Shown here: positions 54,441-64,000 of the stretch, one piece after another
Layout of the letters: each line of letters starts with the position of its first letter
How positions within the stretch are numbered: position 1 is the stretch's first letter
Source of the DNA: Candidatus Pyrohabitans jungbluthii
GTDB taxonomy: Archaea; Hydrothermarchaeota; Hydrothermarchaeia; Hydrothermarchaeales; BMS3B
Length of the DNA stretch: 64,000 bases
Direction: 5' to 3'
Assembly (NCBI GenBank): GCA_002010065.2
Contig: MTMD02000005.1
Location: 1-64,000 of the forward strand
Made by a program: the position numbers and the translations under genes
Notes under the pieces: model-generated
Databases searched by the model: none
The model's input: only the letters and a program-made list of their open reading frames with translations
What the model was told of the DNA's origin: nothing

Positions 54441-56366
54441 ATGTTCGAGATAAAGTATAAAGACGGTGCAGGAAGAGCAGGTGTGTTCGAAGTTCATGGC
54501 AAAAAGCTGGAGACGCCTTACCTCTTCCCTGTAATAAATCCCAAGCGTCAGGTGCTTGATGTAAAGGAGATTGAGAGGCTTGGCTTTAATGGCATAATCA
54601 CCAACTCCTACATAATCTACCGCGATCCTGCGCTGAGACAGCGTGCTTTAGAGCGAGGAATCCACGCTCTTATTGGCTTTGACGGTGTGGTGATGACCGA
54701 CTCGGGCTCCTTCCAACTATACCAGTATGGCAGGGTTGAGGTCTCTCCCAGTGAGATAGTGCATTTCCAGGATGAGATAGGCGTGGACATAGGTGTGATT
54801 CTTGACATTCCTACACCTCCAGATGTGGGCTATGAGCGTGCGGAGCGGGAGCTTGAGGAGACACTGACCCGTGCCAAGGAGGCGGCTAGGCTTAGCAGAA
54901 AAATGCTCCTCGCAGGCACAGTGCAGGGCTCCACCTATGCTGAGCTAAGGGAGCGCGCAGCTTCAGGAATAGCAGCGCTGGGTTTCGACGTGCATGCAAT
55001 AGGGGGCGTGGTTCCCCTCATGGAGGAGTACCGCTTCGCCGACCTCGCAAGGGTAATCCTCCATGCGAAGCTTAAGCTGGGGCATGCGAAGCCGGTGCAT
55101 CTATTTGGTGCTGGGCATCCCATAGTATTTGCCTTCGCCTCGCTCTTGGGATGCGACCTCTTTGACAGCGCCTCCTATGCCCTCTACGCCAGGGATGGGC
55201 GCTACATCACCGCGAGGGGTACGTATAAGCTTGAGGAGCTTCACGAACTTCCCTGCTCGTGTGAGGTTTGTGCAGAGCACTCTGCAAGGGAGCTTAAGGG
55301 CTTAGAGGCAGAAGAACGCGAACAGCTGCTGGCGAAGCACAACCTCATCGCCTGCCTGGAGGAGATAAAACGCGTGAGGCAGGCGATATACGAGGGCTCG
55401 CTGTGGGAGCTTGTGGAGCAGCGAGCGAGGGCGCATCCAGCATTGCTCGAGGCGCTGCGTGTCCTTAAGGGCTATTCGCCCCAGCTTGAACGCCTGGAGC
55501 CCGTGACAAAGCGCTCAGCCTTTTTCTACTCAGGCATGGAATCACTCTCGCGTCCGGCAGTGGCGAGGCACATTGAGAGGCTTTCCTGGATTGAGCGCGT
55601 GGGTAAAGAGCTTGTGCTTTTGCCCGACTGCGAGAAGCCGTACTCGCGCACCTATCGCTTGGCGAGCAGTGAGCGCTACCACGTATGCATAGCCTCGCCG
55701 GTCTTTGGGATAATCCCCCTGGAGATTGAGGAGACGTACCCCTTAACCCAGCATGAGGGTGTTGCTACGCTTGACAGGGAGCAGCTAGCCTTCATGCGTC
55801 GTGTTATAGCTGAGTACGCTCAGCGTTTTACAAAGGTGCATTACCACACTAGCTTGGAATTTCTGGGCATCGAAGGCGAAGCTTTCGACGAAGTTTCGCA
55901 ATTTCGCTTTGCTGGCGGGGAGGAGCTTAAGCTGCGAGCCCTCGCTGATTACCAGCTTGGCAAGGGCGCGGGCGAGGTGCTATTCGCTGGCGCCAGGGCA
56001 GAGTACTCCAGGCGTACCGGCAGAATAAGGCGCGCTTTTGTTGATGGCGAACTAGTAGCGACGCTGCGCGCCAGCGACGGTATAGTTGTGCCGACCATAG
56101 CTGGAGCAGAGCGCCTGCTTCGCCTTCGCTACCCGCGATGCCGTGTCGTCGTTGCAGAAGAAGCCAGGCAATTCGCAAAAGAGGGTAAGAGCGTTTTTGC
56201 GAAGTTCGTTGTAGATTGCGACCCCGAGATAAGGGCTATGCAGGAAGTTGTTGTGGTGGATGAAAGCGATGAGCTTTTAGCCACGGGCACATCGCTGCTG
56301 AGCGCCGAGGAAATGCTGGAGTTTGAGCGTGGGATAGCTGTAAAGCCGAGGCACAGGAGGCGTTAG
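54441..56366 (+). CDS. tgtA: Archaeosine tRNA-guanine(15) transglycosylase with PUA domain
   Basis: MTDSGSFQ, HLFGAGHP, DLFDSASY, C.C..C Zn site, PUA. Confidence 0.95.
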   Translation: MFEIKYKDGAGRAGVFEVHGKKLETPYLFPVINPKRQVLDVKEIERLGFNGIITNSYIIYRDPALRQRALERGIHALIGFDGVVMTDSGSFQLYQYGRVEVSPSEIVHFQDEIGVDIGVILDIPTPPDVGYERAERELEETLTRAKEAARLSRKMLLAGTVQGSTYAELRERAASGIAALGFDVHAIGGVVPLMEEYRFADLARVILHAKLKLGHAKPVHLFGAGHPIVFAFASLLGCDLFDSASYALYARDGRYITARGTYKLEELHELPCSCEVCAEHSARELKGLEAEEREQLLAKHNLIACLEEIKRVRQAIYEGSLWELVEQRARAHPALLEALRVLKGYSPQLERLEPVTKRSAFFYSGMESLSRPAVARHIERLSWIERVGKELVLLPDCEKPYSRTYRLASSERYHVCIASPVFGIIPLEIEETYPLTQHEGVATLDREQLAFMRRVIAEYAQRFTKVHYHTSLEFLGIEGEAFDEVSQFRFAGGEELKLRALADYQLGKGAGEVLFAGARAEYSRRTGRIRRAFVDGELVATLRASDGIVVPTIAGAERLLRLRYPRCRVVVAEEARQFAKEGKSVFAKFVVDCDPEIRAMQEVVVVDESDELLATGTSLLSAEEMLEFERGIAVKPRHRRR

Positions 56367-56367
56367 C

Positions 56368-57144
56368 TTGAAGGCTGCGCGGGTGCTTCGCGAGGCACTG
56401 GCGCTTCTCCGCGCGGAGCCCAAGCTTTTCGTACCCCGAATCGCCACTACCTTCATCTATACCGCCTTTCTGCTCTACCTCAGCAAGGTGCTCTATGAAG
56501 TTGTGCTCATGCTTCAGCGTGGCGAAGTGGCTGGAATAAAAGCCCTCGCTCTGCCTTTAGTAGCCAGCCTCCCCGCTATTCTCGCGGTGGATATGCTCAC
56601 CTATGGCATGTACGCCTCACTGGCGGCGCAACATAGGCGTGGTGAGGTCTCCCTTATTCTTGCGCTGAGGCAAGCGCTCTCGCGGTGGCGAAGCCTCCTG
56701 GCGATAGGCGTCGCTGCCCTGCTCTTCGTAGCCTGCGTTTTCCTTATCAGCTCTCTAACCCTAGCCGGCTTCATGTACACCCGCTCTGCCCTCTTCGCAC
56801 TGGTAACCCTGGGGATATCCTTACTTGGCGTTGTGGTTTTTGCGCTGCTCTTCTTCTTTGCCGTGCCGGTGACTGTGCTCGAGGGCAGGAGCTTTCTCGC
56901 CACAATGGAAAGAAGCGCCTCTCTTGGAGTGAGGCGAAGCAGCGAGGTGGTGGCACTGAACCTGTTCTTCATGCTCCTCATATTCATAACCATGCTCATA
57001 GGCATGGCCACGCAGTTCAGGGGCAAGGCTTTTGCTGCGGGAGTTGTGCTATTCTTAATTGGAAGGCTGATTCAGGCGGTGGTTTACACCTACATGAGTG
57101 TGGTCGCGCCTACGGCTTACCTGCTGGAGGAAGAGGATGGTTGA
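56368..57144 (+). CDS. Hypothetical multi-pass membrane protein
   Basis: About six hydrophobic segments. Confidence 0.7.
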   Translation: MKAARVLREALALLRAEPKLFVPRIATTFIYTAFLLYLSKVLYEVVLMLQRGEVAGIKALALPLVASLPAILAVDMLTYGMYASLAAQHRRGEVSLILALRQALSRWRSLLAIGVAALLFVACVFLISSLTLAGFMYTRSALFALVTLGISLLGVVVFALLFFFAVPVTVLEGRSFLATMERSASLGVRRSSEVVALNLFFMLLIFITMLIGMATQFRGKAFAAGVVLFLIGRLIQAVVYTYMSVVAPTAYLLEEEDG

Positions 57145-57805
57145 GGTAATTGCGGATGTTCGCGAGCAGGCTTCGCAGGTGCCTGTACTGCTCCAGGAGC
57201 TAGGGGCTAAGGTAAAACTGCGCAGCCTTACTGTCGCCGACTATGTGGTGAGTGAGCGCGTTGGCATAGAGCGCAAGTCAGCGCGAGACTATCTGTCGTC
57301 GCTTTTTTCTGGCAGGCTTTTCGACCAGGCGAGCAGGCTGAGTGAGGCTTATGAAAAGCCGGTGATACTCATCGAAGGCTACTTAGAGGAGGAGCTCGAC
57401 TGGTTCAATAACTTCTCTGCCATATGGGGTAGCCTCTTTTCGCTTAGCCTCGACATGGGCGTAACGGTACTTCAGGCAAAAGACCAGGCGTCTGTGGCTA
57501 GGGCGATTCTCACCCTTGCAAGGAGGGAGCAGGAGGAGCGGCGCTCAAAGCCGAGGATTAGAGCTAAGCCCAGAATGCTGAGCATGGATGAAAAACAGGT
57601 GTTCTTGGTGAGCGGGCTGCCTAGCGTTGGTACAGAGCTCGCAGAGCGCCTGCTCGCCCATTTCCGTACGCCGCGAAGAGTTTTCGCCGCAAAGGAAAGG
57701 GAGCTGGTGAAGGTGCCGGGGATAGGCAGGAAAAAGGCTCGCAGCATAGCGAGGGTACTCGACTCAGAGTTCCGCTCTTTTAAGCAGGCTTCGCTGGAGG
57801 AGTGA
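57137..57805 (+). CDS. xpf: Short XPF/ERCC4 nuclease (nuclease plus HhH2, no helicase)
   Basis: ADVRE, ADY, ERKS..D, RLFDQ, two HhH motifs. Confidence 0.88.
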   Translation: MVEVIADVREQASQVPVLLQELGAKVKLRSLTVADYVVSERVGIERKSARDYLSSLFSGRLFDQASRLSEAYEKPVILIEGYLEEELDWFNNFSAIWGSLFSLSLDMGVTVLQAKDQASVARAILTLARREQEERRSKPRIRAKPRMLSMDEKQVFLVSGLPSVGTELAERLLAHFRTPRRVFAAKERELVKVPGIGRKKARSIARVLDSEFRSFKQASLEE

Positions 57806-58251
57806 GCTTGCCGAGGGATGAGGTGCATGTCATTGTGGGCGTGGTTGTGCTTATCCCAGTGCTGCACCTTGCTTGGGAGCGCCTCTCCCCCAGTGATGTG
57901 CTCCTTTTTACCCTCGCCTACCTGTTCAGTCTGCTGTGGCTTTCCCCTGACTTGGACCTGGATAAGGGCTCCAGAAGCATGCGTCGCTGGGGCATACTTG
58001 CGGCGATATGGGTGCCCTACGCAAAACTAATGCGCCATCGCGGGCTGAGCCACAGCCTTTTTGCGGGTTTCGTCACGAGGCTTGCCTACCTGGCGGTGTT
58101 TCTCCTGCCCGTCATCTCTCTCATTGATCGTGGGCTTAACCTTAATCTCAGCGCCGCAAGCGTGGGTGTTTTTGTTCTAGGGATGTGGGTTCCCCATGCT
58201 CTCCACGTGCTCCTCGACAGGCTCGACGAAGCTCTCGGAGGAAGGCTCTAG
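57802..58251 (+). CDS. DUF2227-family putative metal-binding membrane protein
   Basis: LSPDLD, RWG..W.PY, HRGLSH, H..LD. Confidence 0.85.
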   Translation: MSLPRDEVHVIVGVVVLIPVLHLAWERLSPSDVLLFTLAYLFSLLWLSPDLDLDKGSRSMRRWGILAAIWVPYAKLMRHRGLSHSLFAGFVTRLAYLAVFLLPVISLIDRGLNLNLSAASVGVFVLGMWVPHALHVLLDRLDEALGGRL

Positions 58252-59453
58252 CGGCGGCTGCGCAGCCTAATCGCTAAAGCTAGGAGTAGTACTGCAAGCA
58301 CTGCAAAAATCGCCAGGTTCTGTTTGCTTCTATCATCCCCGCTCCTCTCCCAGTCCTCTAAGAAAAGTTTCTCGAAATAGCGCGCTGGCGAGCCGTAGAT
58401 TATCACATTCACCTCGCGGTTCTTCTTGGGCGAGTGCTCATTCCAGTTCATGCTTCCCAGCATCACAGCTTTGCCGTCGACCACCATGCCCTTGAGGTGG
58501 TACTTCTTGATTTTGTTATTTGTCTTAGCGAGGCGTGCCTCAAGCGGGAGGTTCTCTCTCTGCGCGATCTCATTCACATAGCGAACGGTGCGCAGGTTGC
58601 TCCTAGGGTCATCTTCCTTCACATGGTACCAGGTGGAGTCCAGAAGTATCTTTACCTCCACACCACGACGAGCCGCATTTATCGCCTCCTCTAGGAAGAG
58701 ATTGGGCGTTGTAGCAGGCGAGCCCTCCTTTGTTTTGCCCCAGTAGGTGTATATGTAGAATTGCTCTATGTAGATAGAGCGGTTCGCACTTCTAAGCAGG
58801 GCAAGCGTGGCGTCTATCGCATTCTCAGGGGCAATAACCGCAACCACAGGGAAATTGCCCATGAAGCTCCTTCCGGTAAAGCGGGCTTTCGTCTCGCTCA
58901 TGGCTAAGTCAGCGCCTTCCTTGCCTTGGTATCTCACGCTTTGCCTGAGGTCTGCGAAGAAAATCTCTGCGAGAAATCTTGATAGCTCCTCGCTTGCAAG
59001 GATAGCGCCCCACCCACGGTTGCCCTTCCCATACACTGGAAACCCGCTGTCACCAAAATTTTCAGTGGTTATCAGAACGCTTGCATTGTCTGCAATGGCG
59101 TACTTAGCATGGTTAAACCTCAGCTTGCCGTCGTAAAGATAGACCTCTGCCCCATTCGCGGCAAGCGTGCTGAGAAGCATGCGCTCCTTCTCCGGCATAC
59201 CTCCGGCTGGTGCCTTGTCAACCATAACCACGACCTGGGTGCCCTCTTCAAGTTCCCTGAGCAGCGCCCCCGCTATCTCTTCGCTGGTGAATGTGTAAAC
59301 GTTAATATAGAGCGAGGTGTTTGAAGAGTCTATGAAGCTGGTAAGTGTGGCAAGCGCTGACTCTGGCGAGGAGAATGCTGTAACCTGTGTGGCGGTGAAT
59401 TCCGTTGAGTATGCGCATGGGAGCAGGAGTAGTATGAGGAGTATGTATCTCAT
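58248..59453 (-). CDS. Exported phospholipase D-superfamily protein
   Basis: Two HxKxxxxD motifs (HAKYAIAD, HLKGMVVD), GSMNW, signal peptide, C-terminal TM helix. Confidence 0.88.
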   Translation of the reverse strand: MRYILLILLLLPCAYSTEFTATQVTAFSSPESALATLTSFIDSSNTSLYINVYTFTSEEIAGALLRELEEGTQVVVMVDKAPAGGMPEKERMLLSTLAANGAEVYLYDGKLRFNHAKYAIADNASVLITTENFGDSGFPVYGKGNRGWGAILASEELSRFLAEIFFADLRQSVRYQGKEGADLAMSETKARFTGRSFMGNFPVVAVIAPENAIDATLALLRSANRSIYIEQFYIYTYWGKTKEGSPATTPNLFLEEAINAARRGVEVKILLDSTWYHVKEDDPRSNLRTVRYVNEIAQRENLPLEARLAKTNNKIKKYHLKGMVVDGKAVMLGSMNWNEHSPKKNREVNVIIYGSPARYFEKLFLEDWERSGDDRSKQNLAIFAVLAVLLLALAIRLRSRR

Positions 59454-59542
59454 TGTCTAAAGTATTTCAATACTCGATAAAAAGGTTCACCCATCAAAAG
59501 AATTAAAAATTTTGACGCCTATATAAGAGAAGGTTGCCCCGC

Positions 59543-61225
59543 ATGAAAGATGCGAACTTTAAGCTCTGGAAAGATGTTGTAGAAAACCTGGATGAGGCTG
59601 TGCATGTAATCAACAGAGATTTTAAGATAGTCCTCGCCAACCGTAGGCTCGCTGAACTTGTGGGTCTGCAGAAGGAGGAAATAACAGGAAAGAAGCTTTT
59701 TGAGCTTTTTCCTGCAGAGAAGGGGGTTGAGAGGGAGTACTTAGAGGTTTTTAACTCGGGAGAGGGATTGCGAACCACCGAAAGAATGGTATTTGGAGGT
59801 AAAGAGTACTACATGAGGACAACAAAGCTCCCTCTTGACCTGAAGGGTGAGAGGCTTGTTTTAACAATTATTCGCGATGTAACTGATGAAGAACTCGCCA
59901 AAAAGGAAATATTGAAACTTAAAAACTTTAGTGATAGTATTTTTGAGAGTATATCCACTGGAATAATGGTCCTCGACAGAGATTTTAAGATAAGGGCTAT
60001 GAATGCATACCAAGTGGAGCACATGCGCAGGTTTGGAAAGCTTAATATAAATCGTGAGGAGGTAATCGGGAAGCATTTCAGTGAGATAAGCACGCTGCTA
60101 GAGGAGGAGCATCGCGGCGAAAGCTTCAGGGAGCTTTTCAGACGTGTGCTGGAGCAAGGCGAGGTTATAAAGATTTACAACCATGAGCATCGCTCAAAGG
60201 CAGGGGCTACAGTTTATCTAAACTTTACGCTTCAGCCCTTGAGAGGAGCAGGCGGTGAAATAGAGGGGGTAGTACTTCTCAGTGAGGATGCCACCGAAAA
60301 AGCTATGCTGGAGCAGGAGGTTGAGCAGAGCAGGGACTTTCTCAAGAGAATACTTGAAAGCCTAGGTCAGGGTGTCGTCGTTGTAGACCGGGAATTCAGG
60401 ATTTTAATGTGCAATACAGCCTACACTGAGATGGCTGGGCTAAGCAGGGAAGAGATTATTGGAAAGAAGTGTTATGAGGTTGCTCACCTCCGGCAATGGT
60501 CATGCGCAGAGGAAAGGGAACTCTGTCCTGCTGTTGAGGTTTTTTCAACCGGAAAGCCCGTAAAGGTTGTGCATGAGCATCGCAGAAAAGACGGGAGTAG
60601 CTATTACGCTGAGGTAAACGCGTATCCTCTGAGAAACGATAGGGGTGAAGTGGTTCAGGTTATAGAGATGGTAAACGACATAACAGAGAGATACGAGCTT
60701 GAAAAGAAGCTGAGGGAGACGAGGGACTTCCTTAACAATATTGTAAAAAGCTCCGGGGATGCAATAGTAGCAACCGACTTGGAGGGCAGGATAACCTTCT
60801 GGAGCCAGGGAGCAGAGAATTTGTTTGGCTACAAAGCGAAGGAAATGCTGGGTGGGAGCATATACGACCTATATCCTGAGGAGTTTAAGGTTAAGAGGAA
60901 GAGAATGGAGGAGTTCCTCCTAGAGTATCCTGAAAATGCAATAAGAAACTACAGGATGAAGATTTACAAAAAGGACGGTAAACTTGTGGATATAAGCCTC
61001 TCCCTTTCTCTGCTAAAGGATGCAAAGGGCGAGCCCATCGGCATGGTTGGTATATCCAAAGATATAACCAGAGAAGTTAAGGCTGAAGAGGAACTGAAGC
61101 GAAAGATACGTGAGCTTGAGGACTTCTACAACATGGCGATTGGAAGGGAAATAAAGATGATAGAACTCAAAAATGAGATTGAGAGGCTGCGTGAGGAGAT
61201 TCGCAGGTTGCGAGGCGAAGCGTGA
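59543..61225 (+). CDS. Multi-PAS sensor protein without a kinase domain
   Basis: Four PAS/PAC repeats ending DVT, DAT, DIT, DIT; C-terminal coiled coil. Confidence 0.85.
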   Translation: MKDANFKLWKDVVENLDEAVHVINRDFKIVLANRRLAELVGLQKEEITGKKLFELFPAEKGVEREYLEVFNSGEGLRTTERMVFGGKEYYMRTTKLPLDLKGERLVLTIIRDVTDEELAKKEILKLKNFSDSIFESISTGIMVLDRDFKIRAMNAYQVEHMRRFGKLNINREEVIGKHFSEISTLLEEEHRGESFRELFRRVLEQGEVIKIYNHEHRSKAGATVYLNFTLQPLRGAGGEIEGVVLLSEDATEKAMLEQEVEQSRDFLKRILESLGQGVVVVDREFRILMCNTAYTEMAGLSREEIIGKKCYEVAHLRQWSCAEERELCPAVEVFSTGKPVKVVHEHRRKDGSSYYAEVNAYPLRNDRGEVVQVIEMVNDITERYELEKKLRETRDFLNNIVKSSGDAIVATDLEGRITFWSQGAENLFGYKAKEMLGGSIYDLYPEEFKVKRKRMEEFLLEYPENAIRNYRMKIYKKDGKLVDISLSLSLLKDAKGEPIGMVGISKDITREVKAEEELKRKIRELEDFYNMAIGREIKMIELKNEIERLREEIRRLRGEA

Positions 61226-62712
61226 TGCTCAAATTTCTGAGAGAGCTCACTGCGACAATAAAAACTCATAGGCTGAGTATTGCAATAGGTGTAAGTGGTT
61301 GGCTCCTGCTCATCCTCTATCTCACCTATGAATACAAAGCCATGGCTGGTCTCCGGGGGCTTATTGCTCACCTCACAAGAATTGACCCCATATTTCTCAC
61401 ATTTCACATTATGATTTTCCTCGCCCCGGTGGTTTCAACAGCTTTCGCCTACCTAGTGAGCAAAAAGATTGAGCTTGAAGCTGAGCTCAGAAAACACACA
61501 GAAGAGCTGATAAAGATAGTCGAGGAGAGAACAACGCAACTTAGGCACTACTCGGAGCATCTGAAGGAGCTTGTGGATGAGCGCACCGCTGAGCTTCGCG
61601 CCATTCTTGTTGCCTCGATGGATGCGGTGATAAATTTCAGCAGCAGGGGCGAGATTCTGATGTGGAGTCGAGGAGCAGAAGATATCCTCGGCTATAGTGA
61701 AGCTGAGGTTGCCGGTGAAGCCTTTGAGAATCTCTTTCCCCCGGAGATTAGGGAGGAGCTAAGGGAACTCATCAAAAAGGCGAGAATTGAGGGATTTGCA
61801 AGGCAGGGAGAACTCAAGATGCGCAGAAAAGACGGAAGCGTTATCGATGTAGAGATGACCTTGACATCCCTGGGTAAGCTGGGATTCACCGCAATAGTGC
61901 GCGACATTACCCAGAGGAAACAATATGAGGAGATGCTCAAGCGCAGCCGGGATGCGTACTTCAATATGCTCCAAGACTTGGAGAAGGCACATGAGGAACT
62001 AAAGTTTGCCTATAATGAGCTTCGGGAGATAGACAGGATTAAAACCGACATAATATCCAATGTAAGCCATGAACTAAAGACGCCGCTAACTGTGGCGAGG
62101 GGATTTATAGAGCTTGCTATGGGCGAGGCAAATGATAATGTAAAGGGATACCTCAAGAAGGCTGCAGAGGCTCTCGACAGGCAGAGCCACATAATAGATG
62201 ACCTGGTGAAGGTTGCAGAGATACACAGGGGTGAAATATCGCTTAATTTCGAAGTGGCCGATATTGAGAATATTATATGGGAGGTAGTGGAGAGGAAGGA
62301 AGATATGGCGGCACGCCACAGGGTTAGAATATATGTGGAGCTTGATAACGGTCTGCCTCCTGTTAAGGTTGACGTCAGCGGCATTAAGCATGTGCTCAAC
62401 AACCTACTGGACAATGCGATAAAGTTCAACCGCATAGGGGGGGAGGTGAAGGTAAAGGTAACCAATCCGAAGAGTGGTGGCTATATAGTAATCTGCATTG
62501 AGGACACCGGCATAGGTATAGAAAAGCAGCACCTTGAGAAGATATTCGAGCCTCTGTATCAAGTGGACTCCTCCACCACGAGGCGCTACCCAGGCACGGG
62601 TATGGGCTTAGCCCTAGCAAAGCGCATGGTGGAACTGCACGGCGGAAGCATATGGGCAGAAAGCGAGCCGGGGAAGGGGAGCAAGTTCTGCTTTACCCTG
62701 CCCGTTGAATAA
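61222..62712 (+). CDS. Membrane PAS histidine kinase
   Basis: Two TM helices, [32 protein letters not shown]. Confidence 0.93.
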   Translation: MMLKFLRELTATIKTHRLSIAIGVSGWLLLILYLTYEYKAMAGLRGLIAHLTRIDPIFLTFHIMIFLAPVVSTAFAYLVSKKIELEAELRKHTEELIKIVEERTTQLRHYSEHLKELVDERTAELRAILVASMDAVINFSSRGEILMWSRGAEDILGYSEAEVAGEAFENLFPPEIREELRELIKKARIEGFARQGELKMRRKDGSVIDVEMTLTSLGKLGFTAIVRDITQRKQYEEMLKRSRDAYFNMLQDLEKAHEELKFAYNELREIDRIKTDIISNVSHELKTPLTVARGFIELAMGEANDNVKGYLKKAAEALDRQSHIIDDLVKVAEIHRGEISLNFEVADIENIIWEVVERKEDMAARHRVRIYVELDNGLPPVKVDVSGIKHVLNNLLDNAIKFNRIGGEVKVKVTNPKSGGYIVICIEDTGIGIEKQHLEKIFEPLYQVDSSTTRRYPGTGMGLALAKRMVELHGGSIWAESEPGKGSKFCFTLPVE

Positions 62713-62859
62713 TCAGTGCAGCTTTACTGAGAGGTGCACTAGGAATGCGGCGAAAAGGGCGAGGAGTAGCGCTTTGATAAGGTCGCCGGAGAATAGCCTC
62801 TCCACGGCTATGGTCATGAGCGCAATCGCAGCCAGCTTGATAATATGCTCAAGCTTCAT
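62713..62859 (-). CDS. 48-aa two-TM protein, last gene of the cytochrome b operon (absent from the ORF track)
   Basis: MKLEHIIKLAAIALMTIAVERLFSGDLIKALLLALFAAFLVHLSVKLH*; ATGA overlap with the subunit IV stop. Confidence 0.65.
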   Translation of the reverse strand: MKLEHIIKLAAIALMTIAVERLFSGDLIKALLLALFAAFLVHLSVKLH

Positions 62860-63296
62860 GTTAGTAGCTCAGCGTAACTGGTTATGTCTGCGGTGTAGGC
62901 ATAGTAGGCAAGGTAGAGGAGGAGCAGCACGAAAGCAATGCCTGCAATGCTCCAAGCACGCCTTTTCAGGGGGTGCTCTGCCTCTTCCTCGCCCCTGTCT
63001 ATAAAGGGGAGAAGTAGTATTACCAGGAGGATAACCACTGGCAGAGCTACAGCCATGCTCTGGTTGGGGGAGATGTTGCTATCCCAGAAGGCGAGGAAGC
63101 CGAAGAGGGGTGAGAGGTACCACTGCGGCTCTATCGCGGTGATTTCACCCACTTTTGCCTCTTCACCAAGAGGTGCAGGAAAGTAGGCTGCGAGCAGAAG
63201 GAGCACACCCAGCACAAAGCTGGCGACACCTAACTCGCGGACCACCTGGTAGGGGAAGAATGGTATCCTTAGCTCCTGCTTTTTCATCCTCAACAC
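62856..63296 (-). CDS. petD: Cytochrome b6 subunit IV-like (cytochrome b C-terminal part)
   Basis: PFFP, IEPQWY (PEWY variant), LLPFID. Confidence 0.82.
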   Translation of the reverse strand: MLRMKKQELRIPFFPYQVVRELGVASFVLGVLLLLAAYFPAPLGEEAKVGEITAIEPQWYLSPLFGFLAFWDSNISPNQSMAVALPVVILLVILLLPFIDRGEEEAEHPLKRRAWSIAGIAFVLLLLYLAYYAYTADITSYAELLT

Positions 63297-63297
63297 C

Positions 63298-63957
63298 TCA
63301 CATGTAGCTCGCTATCCCCTGCCTCCTCACCATGAGGAAATGGATAATCATCAGGGTAAAGGCAGCCATGGGTATGAGGAAGACATGCAGGAAGTATAGC
63401 CTCGTAAGAGTCTCTCCGGTTATCGCCACCTCGCCAAGAAAAACCCTCACCACCCATGCGCCTGCGAAGGGCAGCGATGCAGGGGCGAGCACCACAACGC
63501 TGGTGGCGCCGTAGCTTGCAACGTCCCAGCGCAGGGCATAGCCGCTGAACCCAAAGGTGAAGGTAAGTAAGAGCAGAGCCACGCCCACTAGCCAGTTCAG
63601 CTCCCTAGGCTTGCGGTAGGCGCCCATGAAGTACACCCTGAGCATGTGCAGGAGCACTGCCGCAATCATAACGTTGCCAGCCCAGTAGTGAAGGCTCCTA
63701 ACAAGGGAGCCCAGAGGCACTTCATAAGTTATCACCCTCACGCTCTCATACGCGAAGGCTGCATCTGGCAGGTAGTACCTTGCGAGAGCTATTCCGGTGA
63801 CCACCTCTACGAGGAAGGCGAGGAAGGCTACGCCACCAAGGCAGTAGACGGGGTTGGCAGCCTGTTTTGGCACCATTTTGCGCAAAGCACGCTCTATATC
63901 GCTGCGAATTCCAAGCCTCTCGTCCAGCCAGTCTATTAGCTTAGTGGTGAGGCTCAT
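63298..63957 (-). CDS. petB: Cytochrome b6-like (cytochrome b N-terminal part)
   Basis: WLDERL, YCLGG, RSLH..HMLR, YRKPRELNW, H-x14-H. Confidence 0.9.
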   Translation of the reverse strand: MSLTTKLIDWLDERLGIRSDIERALRKMVPKQAANPVYCLGGVAFLAFLVEVVTGIALARYYLPDAAFAYESVRVITYEVPLGSLVRSLHYWAGNVMIAAVLLHMLRVYFMGAYRKPRELNWLVGVALLLLTFTFGFSGYALRWDVASYGATSVVVLAPASLPFAGAWVVRVFLGEVAITGETLTRLYFLHVFLIPMAAFTLMIIHFLMVRRQGIASYM

Positions 63958-64000
63958 TGCCCACCCCCCGAGATGTACTTCAGTAGCAAAGCCAAGCTGC
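63954..64000 (-). CDS. 3' end of an upstream gene of the same operon (partial)
   Basis: ..SLALLLKYISGGGQ* with ATGA overlap onto petB. Confidence 0.4.
   Translation of the reverse strand, partial: SLALLLKYISGGGQ

Noticed and set aside
1-64000. CRISPR array, rRNA, transposase or integrase
   Set aside because: No regularly spaced repeats, rRNA-like sequence or recombinase ORF recognised by eye.

Overview
Archaeal chromosomal window, probably from a thermophilic euryarchaeal-type lineage. This is an inference from TgtA, thermosome, SAMP/NcsA, Tfx, a CGP-CTERM protein, G1P dehydrogenase and GGTGA-type RBSs. Most of it is housekeeping: tRNA processing and modification, trpA/trpB, purE, dapF, tungstate and molybdate uptake, glpAB, PAS signalling and a split cytochrome b. 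It also holds tRNA-Ala(CGC) and tRNA-Leu(CAA). Main finds outside the ORF track: (1) a candidate RiPP cluster at 22.4-25.7 kb, with a 22-aa Cys-rich peptide (MKIVKKEKKVAYATCKCHKSCM), a 46-aa CxxC..C protein, an RRE-like radical SAM/SPASM enzyme and a second unusual radical SAM upstream; (2) an AT-rich island at 33.1-37.3 kb in which an OLD nuclease and a DUF2075 nuclease-helicase are each followed by an attC-like site (integron-cassette-like), behind a frameshifted hsdS remnant; (3) a box C/D sRNA whose D guide fits tRNA-Trp C34, followed by a strongly structured leader; (4) several enzymes with eroded catalytic motifs (NrdD without a glycyl-radical domain, PPase, TrxR); (5) possible synthesis and degradation clusters for a glycerol-phosphodiester solute. 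All calls come from motif reading by eye; no database searches were run.
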